NCBI GenBank assembly: GCA_044345055.1 | Contig: JBIJBT010000002.1 | Coordinates: 1 to 61,415, forward strand | DNA: 61,415 nt | Reading direction: 5' to 3' | Source of the DNA: Bdellovibrionota bacterium | GTDB lineage: Bacteria > Bdellovibrionota_C > UBA2361 > OMIW01 | In this document: positions 47,670-56,509 of the stretch, piece after piece | Position numbering within the stretch: position 1 is the stretch's first letter | How the letters are laid out: every line of letters starts with the position of its first letter | Notes under the pieces: generated by a model | Database searches by the model: none | Told to the model about the DNA's origin: nothing | Seen by the model: only the letters and a program-made list of their open reading frames with translations | Position numbers and translations under genes: made by a program

Positions 47670-48131
47670 ATGCCGAGCAATCATGACGATATCGCTCCCA
47701 AAGAGCTCTCATTTCTCGATGAGGTGTGGGAGAAAAAGAGTGTCCGCCGGCATATCTTTGAATTTGGATGCCTTTTCGGCGCCATCGGTTTAGGGATCAG
47801 TGTTTATCATTGGTGGGATGGAGCTCCGATTAGTCGTGTTATACTAGGAGCATTCACATCGATCCTCTTCACTGGGCTGAGCGCCGCAACTCCTAAGCTG
47901 ATCTGGCCCCTCTGGCGAGGCTGGATGGGATTGGCCAAGGTATTAAATATGGTGATGACCCCAGTCATTCTCGGGATCCTCTGGTTCTGTGTTCTTGCAC
48001 CGACAGCGATTATCCTTAGACTAATCGGAAAGAGGGTTATGGATCTTTCTTTTCGTGCTGATGTGCCAACCTATTGGATAGATCGCCCTGCAAAAACGAA
48101 CGATTTTAAAAGGCTTGAGAGGCAGTTTTAG
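47670..48131 (+). CDS. SxtJ-like small membrane protein
   Basis: Start set at ATG 47670 (the track ORF overlaps the carbamoyltransferase). About 3 TM, LAPTAIILRLIGKRVMDL...TYWIDRP....DFKRLERQF. Its position right after a carbamoyltransferase is typical of the family. Confidence 0.7.
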   Translation: MPSNHDDIAPKELSFLDEVWEKKSVRRHIFEFGCLFGAIGLGISVYHWWDGAPISRVILGAFTSILFTGLSAATPKLIWPLWRGWMGLAKVLNMVMTPVILGILWFCVLAPTAIILRLIGKRVMDLSFRADVPTYWIDRPAKTNDFKRLERQF

Positions 48132-48202
48132 AGCAGTGGGCTTTTTTTAGGACTAAATCGCAATTTGGCCCTCCGCAAAGTTTAGCCTCTGCAAGGAGAT
48201 TT

Positions 48203-48916
48203 TTGGTGGACAAAGAAGCTATCGATTCTTCAGCTAATCATCGGGAGCTCGACAGCTGCGCTACTGAAATTGAGGAACTCGCGAATACCTCATTAAGCCT
48301 ACTTCGAGCGAACCTTCAAGATCTCCTCTCTGAGCTAACCTCTAAAGCTCTAATCTCAAGCGTGCACCAGGCCCCACTTGATAATCCCTCCACTCTGGCC
48401 GCTCAGCTAGGTGGCCACTATCAACAATCTGCTTTTGGTGATCTGCAATCGGCTAAAGAGCTTGAGTTTCTAAATAAGAACTTTTCCTTTGAGCAGTTTG
48501 TCGCCTCTGATTCTTTAAATTCTCATCGAAAAGGATTGCTTGGGAAAATAGTTACTCGACTCAAAATGCGCTTTAATAAAGCGCTGCGGTCAATGTTTTT
48601 ATCTGGATATCTCGATGCCGAGAGAGTTTTTATAGAAAACCTCGTGCGTCATCTTAACAGCACCGGCAGATATATCGATCTGCGTGTTGGGGAACTCTCC
48701 GAGCGAATTAGTTTCCAGGTGGCTCGGCTTGAGGATGAAATACGTGCGGTCGATAATGGCAGCAAGCAGTCTCTTGCAGAGCTAATTCAAACCACTCTCT
48801 CCCATATCGAGATTCTTCAAGGTAAGCTCAATGGCATGAAATTATCAGAATTGGCCATTTCATCGTCGTCCATTTCATCACAATATCCGTATAGCGATAG
48901 TGAATCGAACAGATAG
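48203..48916 (+). CDS. hypothetical coiled-coil protein (237 aa)
   Basis: ORF within the glycan cluster. No motif recognised. Confidence 0.5.
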   Translation: MVDKEAIDSSANHRELDSCATEIEELANTSLSLLRANLQDLLSELTSKALISSVHQAPLDNPSTLAAQLGGHYQQSAFGDLQSAKELEFLNKNFSFEQFVASDSLNSHRKGLLGKIVTRLKMRFNKALRSMFLSGYLDAERVFIENLVRHLNSTGRYIDLRVGELSERISFQVARLEDEIRAVDNGSKQSLAELIQTTLSHIEILQGKLNGMKLSELAISSSSISSQYPYSDSESNR

Positions 48917-48972
48917 GATGAAATAACTCAAATAATTTGACTCAACCTGTGGTTTTTGGGGTTCCGTAACTC

Positions 48973-50067
48973 ATGGCGCGCATACTTATTCTCGGTGCAA
49001 AGGTTCCCTTCACTCATGGCGGGCAGGAAGTTCTAATATCATCGCTGCTTGGCCGCATTCGATCTCTTGGACATTCCGTAGATGTCATCGAATTACCATT
49101 TAATCCACTACCGAAAGAGAACCTTCTAACTCAGGCGGCGATGTGGCGCTCACTCGATCTATCTAATTTTGCTGGACAGCAGATCGATCTTGTTATTGCA
49201 ACAAAATATCCGACCTACTTTGCTCGTCACCCACGAAAGAGTGTCTGGCTGGTTCATCAACTTAGATCTTTATATGACCTTTATGGCGGGCAATTCTCAG
49301 ATTTTGGAGACGATCCACGAGATGAAGCTCTGCGACGACTAATCACCGATGGAGACACTCTTGCACTCGGAGAGTGTGTCTATCGGGCTGCCATCTCAAA
49401 GAATGTATCAGAGAGACTATTAGCCTTTAATAATCTCTCCTCTGAAACCCTTTACCCGCCCCTTCCACTCGGGGACCTATACCGCTCGCAAGACCCGGAG
49501 AACTACATTCTCTCAGTTGGCCGTCTATGCCGAATAAAACGGGTGGACCTAATGATAGAGGCGCTCTCCTCTATGAGGAGCGAGCTTCACCTAAAGATCG
49601 TTGGAAAGCCTGACGAGCCCGGAATCATGGAGTATTTGACCAATACCATGAAGAAATTCGGCGTAGAAGATCGAGTTCATTTTCTCGGACGAGTATCCGA
49701 CGAAGAGCTTGTGGAGCTCTACTCTCGCGCTCTTGGTGTTTACTACGCCCCATTTGATGAGGATTATGGCTATGTAACCCTTGAAGCGATGGCGAGCTCA
49801 AGGCCCGTTGTCACAGCGACCGATAGCGGTGGAACACTTGAATTCGTTATTGATGGAAAAAACGGCAGAATCGTAAAACCGGAAGCCGCTGCTATCGGCA
49901 ACGCCTTTAATGAGCTTTACAACGAAAAATCTCGTGCTATTGAGATGGGTAAAAACGGAAGAGCGTTGATCGAAAGCTCCGGCATGATCTCCGCAGGATG
50001 GGATGAACTCACGAGTAAATTACTCTCGCCCCTCGAGCATGCTCCCTCTTTTTCAGGTGGCTTATGA
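48973..50067 (+). CDS. GT-B fold glycosyltransferase (family 4-like)
   Basis: MARILILG...HGG, GRL...K..D..IEA, and an EDYGYVTLEAMASSRPVV (E-x7-E-like) motif. Confidence 0.9.
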   Translation: MARILILGAKVPFTHGGQEVLISSLLGRIRSLGHSVDVIELPFNPLPKENLLTQAAMWRSLDLSNFAGQQIDLVIATKYPTYFARHPRKSVWLVHQLRSLYDLYGGQFSDFGDDPRDEALRRLITDGDTLALGECVYRAAISKNVSERLLAFNNLSSETLYPPLPLGDLYRSQDPENYILSVGRLCRIKRVDLMIEALSSMRSELHLKIVGKPDEPGIMEYLTNTMKKFGVEDRVHFLGRVSDEELVELYSRALGVYYAPFDEDYGYVTLEAMASSRPVVTATDSGGTLEFVIDGKNGRIVKPEAAAIGNAFNELYNEKSRAIEMGKNGRALIESSGMISAGWDELTSKLLSPLEHAPSFSGGL

Positions 50068-51422
50068 ACTCATCTCTGCCAGAGGAAAAATTGAGAATCG
50101 CCTGGTTTTCTGACCTTTCCGAAGGTGAGCAGGGCGAGCCTTCTCTCTCTCGCTACTGCACCGATCTTCTCATTCCTCATCTAAGAGATACCTTTTCAAT
50201 AGAGCTTTTTTCCTCTTTGTATCAGGGAGAGCATCTCGGCGTACCCCGCTTTCACTACCTCACCGCGTATCATCGCGATCGGAGTGCCCCCTTTGATCTC
50301 TTCTTTTATCAGCTCGAAGATAGCCGCTTAGGACGAGCAGTACGAACGCAGATAGGGATCATGCCTGGTATCACCTGGGTTCACGATCCATTTCTCTTTG
50401 ACCCGGGAGCCGAGGGAATTCACAACTCACCCTGGAGAAGAACGGTCGCTCAGTATAACGATGAGGAACTTCCTTTTGTGAAGCGGGACCAACCGGGGGG
50501 GCAGCTCCGAGGTTGGGCTGATAGAGAGCTGCGCTCATCGGCCGTTACCCTTTTTAGCAACAACCGATCTCTTGCTCAATTTCGGGCGATATCCGATATG
50601 AGAGGAGAGACCCTGAACGAAAAGGGACTAGCTGAATATCTTCCTATGCCAGTTGCGGCTTCAGCGGAAACAAGGCCTTCCAGAGCCGATAACGAGCCCC
50701 TCTCTATCGTTGCTATCGGAGGGACCGGCATTGAAGGGCGTATGCGAAGGGCATTGCCAGCGTTAACCCGCCTCTCTAAAAGCTGGAGATTAACGTGGAT
50801 CGTGGATTCTCACGAACGGGAAGATGCCCAGCATCTGCTCGGTCAGAATCATATACATCACCGCCTCAATGAGACCGACGAAGATGCTCCGGTGACCCTT
50901 TTAACGGGGCGGTCAATATTTAAATGGCGCGAGCTTTTAACGAGGAGTGATGTGGCGTTGCACCTCGGCAAACCTCAGGAGCGACTATCGCCGTTTCTTG
51001 AGCTCTCAATGGCGGCTGGTACCCCCGTCATCGTGATGAAGCGCGCTCTCTTTGACGGAGCTTTAAACGATCGGGTACTTTCGATAACATCGGGCACCGA
51101 TGAATCGTCTCAATGTTTTACTTTTCTTGCTCGAATCGCCGAAGATCGCGGTCACGCCATCGGCGAAAAAGCGCGACAAGCTATCCAGCGAGCACACGCC
51201 CCTCACGCTGTTGCGCTACAGCTTGGAGAGCTCTGGAATCGCTTCGCACCAATCATCCGCAAAAAAAGTGAGCAACAAAGGGGGCTCTATGCCAAAGCTG
51301 AAGCAGCTCTTGAAGCAGAGATGAAAAGGCTTATTGATAGCGAACCCCCGATAGCAGGCGATATTTTCAACACCATTGTCAGTACAACTCTTGCGGAGAT
51401 CCAGCGGTTCCGCAGCGCTTAA
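50064..51422 (+). CDS. hypothetical protein, possibly a degenerate GT-B-like glycosyltransferase
   Basis: 4-nt overlap with the preceding GT4 gene. The N-terminus LRIAWFSD... has only a loose GT-B-like layout. Confidence 0.55.
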   Translation: MNSSLPEEKLRIAWFSDLSEGEQGEPSLSRYCTDLLIPHLRDTFSIELFSSLYQGEHLGVPRFHYLTAYHRDRSAPFDLFFYQLEDSRLGRAVRTQIGIMPGITWVHDPFLFDPGAEGIHNSPWRRTVAQYNDEELPFVKRDQPGGQLRGWADRELRSSAVTLFSNNRSLAQFRAISDMRGETLNEKGLAEYLPMPVAASAETRPSRADNEPLSIVAIGGTGIEGRMRRALPALTRLSKSWRLTWIVDSHEREDAQHLLGQNHIHHRLNETDEDAPVTLLTGRSIFKWRELLTRSDVALHLGKPQERLSPFLELSMAAGTPVIVMKRALFDGALNDRVLSITSGTDESSQCFTFLARIAEDRGHAIGEKARQAIQRAHAPHAVALQLGELWNRFAPIIRKKSEQQRGLYAKAEAALEAEMKRLIDSEPPIAGDIFNTIVSTTLAEIQRFRSA

Positions 51423-51551
51423 GATTCGCGAACTCAGCCGCCGGATGAGCTTGGCCGATGTAAGCACTTGGCGGCTGTACAACCTTTGCCGCCGTTCAAA
51501 CTCAGCCGTATCGCAAGAAACTACCTCTTAAAAGGCGCGGACCCCATTTCC

Positions 51552-52817
51552 CTAAACGGCGACCCGCCCTTTACCCTCGAGCTCATCACGGAACTTCGCG
51601 ATATAGCTTCTCGCTGGCATTGCGACGGCGTCCCCAAAGGTACAGATAGTTCTTCCGTTTGACATATTGTTTGCGAGTGTATTGATCAATTCAAGGTCCC
51701 CAGGACGCCCCTCACCACGACGAATGCGGTTGAAGATTTTTTCGATCCAATGCCCACCCTCGCGACACGGTGTGCACTGGCCGCACGATTCGTGCGCGTA
51801 GAAATGCATCAGATTTGCGATTGCATCGAGCATATCGGTGTGATCGTCGAGAACTATGAAGCCTCCAGAGCCGAGGAAAGTCCCTGCCCCCTGCAAAGAT
51901 TCATACGAAATAGTAAGCCCTTTTATCTCTTCAGCGCGCAACACAGGCACTGAGGATCCACCCGGGATCACCGCTTTTAACTTTCTACCCTTCCAAACTC
52001 CACCACACTCTTCTTCGATGAACTGCTCGACAGAATACCCAAACTCGACCTCATAGACCCCCGGTTTATTGATATGCCCCGAAGCAGATATCAGTTTAGT
52101 TCCCTTTGATTGCTCAGTACCGATAGAGGAAAACGCCCCACTACCCTGATCAATAATAAATGGCACAGCCGCATAGGTCTCAACGTTATTTAGAATCGTC
52201 GGACAGTCATACACCCCCATCACCGCTGGATAGTAAGGAGGTTTTAATCTTGGCTGACCCTTTTTACCCTCAAGAGATTCGATTAGACCCGTCTCTTCTC
52301 CACAAATATAGGCGCCAGCTCCTCGATGAACCGTCATATGATGAGTCCAACCGGTGCCGAGAATATTGTCCCCGAGGTATCCCTTCTCGTAACACTCCTT
52401 TACTGCGCGAACTAATCGCTCGTACCCGTATACATATTCGCCCCGAATGTAGATGCAGGACCAGGGGCTTTTAACCGCCCACGCTGCAATTAGCATTCCC
52501 TCAATCGTCATGTGAGGCTTTTTTTCGAGAAGCACCCGATCCTTGAATGTCCCAGGTTCGCTCTCATCAGCGTTATTTATTATATAAACCGGCTTATCGC
52601 CAGCTTTCGGAATAAATCCCCACTTTGTACCGGTCGGGAACCCCGCACCACCGCGCCCCCGCAACCCAGAAGCCTTCACCTCATCGATGATCTTTTGCGG
52701 CTCCATCGCCACCGCTTTTCGAAACGCCTGATACCCTCCGAACCGCTCATACCCCGCCAAAGTGTAGATATCTGGCTCGTTAATATGCTCGAGAAAAATC
52801 TGTCGATGCGTTCCCAT
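51552..52817 (-). CDS. nuoF: NADH:quinone oxidoreductase subunit F-type flavoprotein
   Basis: GLRGRGGAGFPTGTKW, YICGEETGLIESLEG, and the 4Fe-4S motif ESCGQCTPCREG. Confidence 0.9.
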   Translation of the reverse strand: MGTHRQIFLEHINEPDIYTLAGYERFGGYQAFRKAVAMEPQKIIDEVKASGLRGRGGAGFPTGTKWGFIPKAGDKPVYIINNADESEPGTFKDRVLLEKKPHMTIEGMLIAAWAVKSPWSCIYIRGEYVYGYERLVRAVKECYEKGYLGDNILGTGWTHHMTVHRGAGAYICGEETGLIESLEGKKGQPRLKPPYYPAVMGVYDCPTILNNVETYAAVPFIIDQGSGAFSSIGTEQSKGTKLISASGHINKPGVYEVEFGYSVEQFIEEECGGVWKGRKLKAVIPGGSSVPVLRAEEIKGLTISYESLQGAGTFLGSGGFIVLDDHTDMLDAIANLMHFYAHESCGQCTPCREGGHWIEKIFNRIRRGEGRPGDLELINTLANNMSNGRTICTFGDAVAMPARSYIAKFRDELEGKGRVAV

Positions 52818-53051
52818 GCGTTCCCTCAGGTAGTCTTTGTGTGCCGAACTGCAGTACCTTTTCAGCTCACTTTTTTAATGCCCCAAGTATAGCCACCCCA
52901 CCGGCCGAGGCAAGAGCACGGATGATAACCAATCAACAAAACGATAGTTTGCAGAGCCTTTAAGAACCTTGTCTTTGAGAACCTTTTAGCAATCTGCGTG
53001 AAGAAAAAGCGATTTTTTCATCAATCACCAACTCTCATCCCTTCCAATAAT

Positions 53052-54482
53052 TCAATCCCGCCACCGCGACTCAACATAATCAAAGAGAAGATCAACCAAA
53101 TAGATCGGCAGATTATGCAAACGATACTTCACTGCTTTTATTCCTCCCCCTGCAACCACCGCATCAACTGCAATATTCTGCGATGACGGGGGATTGATAT
53201 CAAAACGAACAGCATCAGTAAGATCCCGCTCGGCGACAAACTGATGTAGCGATTTGAGGCTTCCACTCGCTCCTGATTTCACCTCAATCGGCACAATATC
53301 GGTTCCGCTCTGAACTATGTAATCAATTTCAGCATTCACTGATTGCCCCTCGCGCAACCAATAGTACAGAGCATTGCCTGAAGCTTCCTGCGCGAGAATC
53401 GACTGCCCGACGATACATTCCGCAAGCTGCCCCATCCAACGACGCTCTATCGGATTACCCGTCTCCCATCGGGAGAATAATGCGAGAGGAAGCGAGGCGG
53501 TGCGGACCGAACCGAGCTCCCGGGTAGAACTCATGCCGACATCAAGAGGAAGCAGCTTGAAAATGGCGGAATCAGCTCCGGAAGCAATCGGAATACCGCG
53601 TGCTGGCGTATGAATAATCTTACTTACCAAACCCGCTGAAATAAGCGCGCTCAGCCCTTTCTTAACTACTTCTGCCCGCTCATTAGGACAAAGACCTGTG
53701 TACTTTACTCGGGTACTCCCCACAACCGAAGGAATAGCGTCGAATAGGGTATGTAAAAGCTCAAGAGAGAGCCGTTTCCTATATTTTGCAAAATCATCAC
53801 GGAATGCCTCTATTAATCTCTGGTGAACGCGGGCAGCCGAGAGCAGCTTCTTCACGATCGAATCCTGTGCGAGTGAGGCAGCGACTGCGCCGGGCATTCC
53901 TCCCACAAGCACATACTCAGCAAATAGCTTCATCATCTCCTCATGGGCAACTTGAGGAATCGCGTTAATTTTTCGTGAAACAAACGAGTTGAGAAGCCGC
54001 AATTCCGGTTTAGCGTCACGCGCCTCAAGATATTCGAGGAATGTAACGGGATACATGCGCGAAAACTCTACTCGGCCCACCGGCACCGAAAATTGTAGAT
54101 CCTCGAGCGCGAACTCAAGAAGCGAGCCCGCAGCGATCACCGGTAACTCAGGCCTATTTTCAAAAAAATACCGAAGCGCAGCGAGCGAATGAGGAGCTCC
54201 CTGAGCCTCATCGAGAAATAGGACGCAATCCGCATCGATCTTTTTTCGGGAAACGATCTGCAATTCTTCAATAATGAGATCCACATCGAGGGTCGCAAAC
54301 GTTTGGTCTAACCTCTTGTGTCGCTCAAGATCGATCTCAATTAGCCGCCGCTTCTGCCGTTCAGCGAGCCGCCGCACCGCCGTTGATTTCCCGATCTGCC
54401 GCGCCCCCCGCAATATTAGAGGCCGCCGATCAGCGGAATTAAGCCATCTATCTAAGAATACATCATTTATTCTTTTAAACAT
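53052..54482 (-). CDS. AAA-family ATPase of AAA_14 + DUF4143 type
   Basis: PLILRGARQIGKST (Walker A), VLFLDEAQ (Walker B), and a C-terminal AEIDYIV...IVPIEVKSG, which looks like a restriction-endonuclease-like core. Confidence 0.85.
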   Translation of the reverse strand: MFKRINDVFLDRWLNSADRRPLILRGARQIGKSTAVRRLAERQKRRLIEIDLERHKRLDQTFATLDVDLIIEELQIVSRKKIDADCVLFLDEAQGAPHSLAALRYFFENRPELPVIAAGSLLEFALEDLQFSVPVGRVEFSRMYPVTFLEYLEARDAKPELRLLNSFVSRKINAIPQVAHEEMMKLFAEYVLVGGMPGAVAASLAQDSIVKKLLSAARVHQRLIEAFRDDFAKYRKRLSLELLHTLFDAIPSVVGSTRVKYTGLCPNERAEVVKKGLSALISAGLVSKIIHTPARGIPIASGADSAIFKLLPLDVGMSSTRELGSVRTASLPLALFSRWETGNPIERRWMGQLAECIVGQSILAQEASGNALYYWLREGQSVNAEIDYIVQSGTDIVPIEVKSGASGSLKSLHQFVAERDLTDAVRFDINPPSSQNIAVDAVVAGGGIKAVKYRLHNLPIYLVDLLFDYVESRWRD

Positions 54483-54834
54483 CGGGCAAAATTCTGAAAA
54501 CCATGCTAATACAACCCCATATTATAGCACTTACTATGATAGATCAATGGGTTGTTTTGTCCGCTTTTTCGATCAAGAACGCCAACTTTATCGAGTAAGG
54601 AGAGCATGAAGCTTTGATCATACAGCGGCGGTGATTGATGAATTTTAGAGACTGATGGAGGTAGGAATTTGTGAAATACCGAATCGTTTTTCGAGCCCCC
54701 AAGATGGAAGCTCGTTGCATTCGTTTATCGGCGAAGATGTCTAAAGACAAAGCGATCGATTTTTGTTTGCACGGATAGAAACTTCCGAAAAACTTCGAAA
54801 TTAAAACCATCCGAGCAGCTTCTCCACTCCTCCA

Positions 54835-54984
54835 TCATTCAACAGTGTCACGAATCGCGCGACGGGTTGGAGTGGAGCGGCGTGCAGTTATTCTTTTTGG
54901 CGGAGCTTTTGACTCTATCGAGGCTGGTGTGCAGGCAAACATCAATCGATCCTCTCCCAATCCGATTGAAACGGTACTGCCATT
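54835..54984 (-). pseudogene. diverged duplicate of the last 48 codons of clpA (relic 3' end)
   Basis: Translation NGSTVSIGLGEDRLMFACTPASIESKAPPKRITARRSTPTRRAIRDTVE versus the clpA end NGGTVSIGLGEDRLTFACTPAAAESKSPQKRIAARRATPSRRAIRDTV. I count 39 of 48 identical. Similarity stops exactly at the hairpin at 54986. Confidence 0.75.
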
Positions 54985-54985
54985 A

Positions 54986-55035
54986 CCCTTACCTCTATAC
55001 CTCAGAGGTATAGAGGTAAGGGTATAGAGGTAAGG
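54986..55035. repeat. perfect 18-bp inverted repeat plus tandem copy of one arm
   Basis: CCCTTACCTCTATACCTC (54986-55003), a, GAGGTATAGAGGTAAGGG (55005-55022). GGTATAGAGGTAAGG is then repeated in tandem to 55035. Confidence 0.9.
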
Positions 55036-55081
55036 CAAGAGTGCGTGTGAGGCGTTGAGGATTGCAGAGGGGAAATTTGGC

Positions 55082-55105
55082 AGAGAGAGAGAGAGAGAGA
55101 GAGAG
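55082..55105. repeat. (AG)12 dinucleotide microsatellite
   Basis: Read directly from the sequence; intergenic. Confidence 0.95.
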
Positions 55106-55217
55106 CTTCTGTGAAGATTAACGAGAATGCCACGCCCTTTCCCGACCCTCGGAGCCTGACCAAATGATTCAGGTTTTAGAGATTAAAGTGCTCTGGTCGT
55201 TAAAGTCTGGCTCTGGT

Positions 55218-56168
55218 TCAGGAGGGTGATGACAAGGCACTTTTTGCTGATTGAGATAGTGAATTGTAAAGCTTTTTCTTGTCAGCCTTTAACCTTAAGC
55301 GGTTTTTTTTAAAAAAAAGCTCCAGCTCGTCGTTAAAAATCTCCCTGTATGCCTCAACGCATTCCGATTGGAGTCGGCTGTAATAATCAAAGTCATCGGG
55401 GTCATTCTCGACCGGCAATTGCATTAGTTCTGGAGCGAGGTTGAACAGTTCGTCGATTGCCTCGTCAACGAGGTTGGAATATTCGTTTTGGATAGCTATG
55501 TATAGCTCTCCGAATTTAAATCTCGATATACTTTCAGCCTCTTTGGATACCTCAAGATACCGCTCGACCATAAAGCTATCTAAATCTGTCCCGCTTGAAT
55601 CTGGTGCTTGATAGGAGGAAAAAACTTTAATCTGATTTTTGGCAAGATTAATTTCTTTCCGAAAACCGCCTATTAATTCATCGACCTCTTCTTTTAAGAC
55701 TAGGAAAATGCTAGGAAAAGTCGCATCTATTAGCCTATCGCACCCGCTCCGAAGAAGGTTTTCGTAAACTAGTTTAACGGAGCTAATATCTGCATCATTT
55801 TGGCCACAGCCTTCAGCCCGCTCATCGATAGTTCGGTTAATTATAGCCAGCACCGCGCCAAACACCTGCCGCACATCTGCAGGCCTTTCAGAGACAAAAT
55901 AGCCATTGATCAGTTCAAAAGTAGGATGCTCCTCCCCTATTTCTTGCCCTTCATCTATGTCGTTGAACAGTTTTCTTATCGATCGGGTCAGCGATTTTGA
56001 ATACTTTTCCTCTAAAGACTTTTCAAGAGTAAACGAAACCAGATCGGTATTGTCGAGCCTATGTTGCAACCTTTGGGTTGGGCTCGCATTCTCAGGAACT
56101 AGATCAACTCCTTCCCAAAAATCATCGTCTTCAGGACTAGGATCAAAGCCTTGAAAGTTTTGAGACAT
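55218..56168 (-). CDS. acidic hypothetical protein (316 aa), ORFan-like
   Basis: Long uninterrupted ORF, visibly D/E-rich (PEDDDFWEG, DEAIDELFNLAPELMQLPVENDPDDFDYY). No motif recognised. Confidence 0.6.
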   Translation of the reverse strand: MSQNFQGFDPSPEDDDFWEGVDLVPENASPTQRLQHRLDNTDLVSFTLEKSLEEKYSKSLTRSIRKLFNDIDEGQEIGEEHPTFELINGYFVSERPADVRQVFGAVLAIINRTIDERAEGCGQNDADISSVKLVYENLLRSGCDRLIDATFPSIFLVLKEEVDELIGGFRKEINLAKNQIKVFSSYQAPDSSGTDLDSFMVERYLEVSKEAESISRFKFGELYIAIQNEYSNLVDEAIDELFNLAPELMQLPVENDPDDFDYYSRLQSECVEAYREIFNDELELFFKKNRLRLKADKKKLYNSLSQSAKSALSSPS

Positions 56169-56509
56169 CGCAAATTACCTAGAGGGGCAGGTTGATACTT
56201 CTCGGTCACGAGTATCACGCTATTCAATTTGTTTCAACTCCAATTTTTAAAATAACCCTGTCTAGCATAACGGGATAAATCTGACTTTTGAAACTATTCT
56301 GGTAACTATTTACCCCATATTTTTCATAAGGGTTAGTTCGACACGCATCAAAAGCGCGAAAACACATTGTGATTCTGGTTGATCGACTCGCCAAACGCTC
56401 GTCGGCAATTTTTTCGGCTGAATAGTTATTTGTAATCCCCCCGGCGGGACTTCGCCCGCCACTCCTAGGGGGTAGTGGTAGGTTATTGGAAACCATAGGG
56501 GTGATATAG

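Noticed and set aside
54544-54810. 88-aa minus-strand ORF between the DUF4143 ATPase and the clpA relic
   Set aside because: No motif and an odd composition. It is probably non-coding spacer of the rearranged region.
54835-55038. 67-aa ORF in the track as an independent gene
   Set aside because: Its C-terminal 48 residues are a relic copy of the ClpA C-terminus, and its N-terminus is read through the hairpin and tandem repeat. It is called a pseudogene fragment instead.
55082-55105. (AG)12 tract as a phase-variation switch
   Set aside because: It lies in non-coding DNA 3' of the 316-aa ORF, and not within an ORF or between promoter elements of any gene I can see. It is kept only as a repeat feature.
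56224-56496. 90-aa minus-strand ORF just downstream of the clpA stop
   Set aside because: Its N-terminal part is read through GC-rich hairpins that look like terminator or junction structures. No RBS or motif is present. It is left uncalled.
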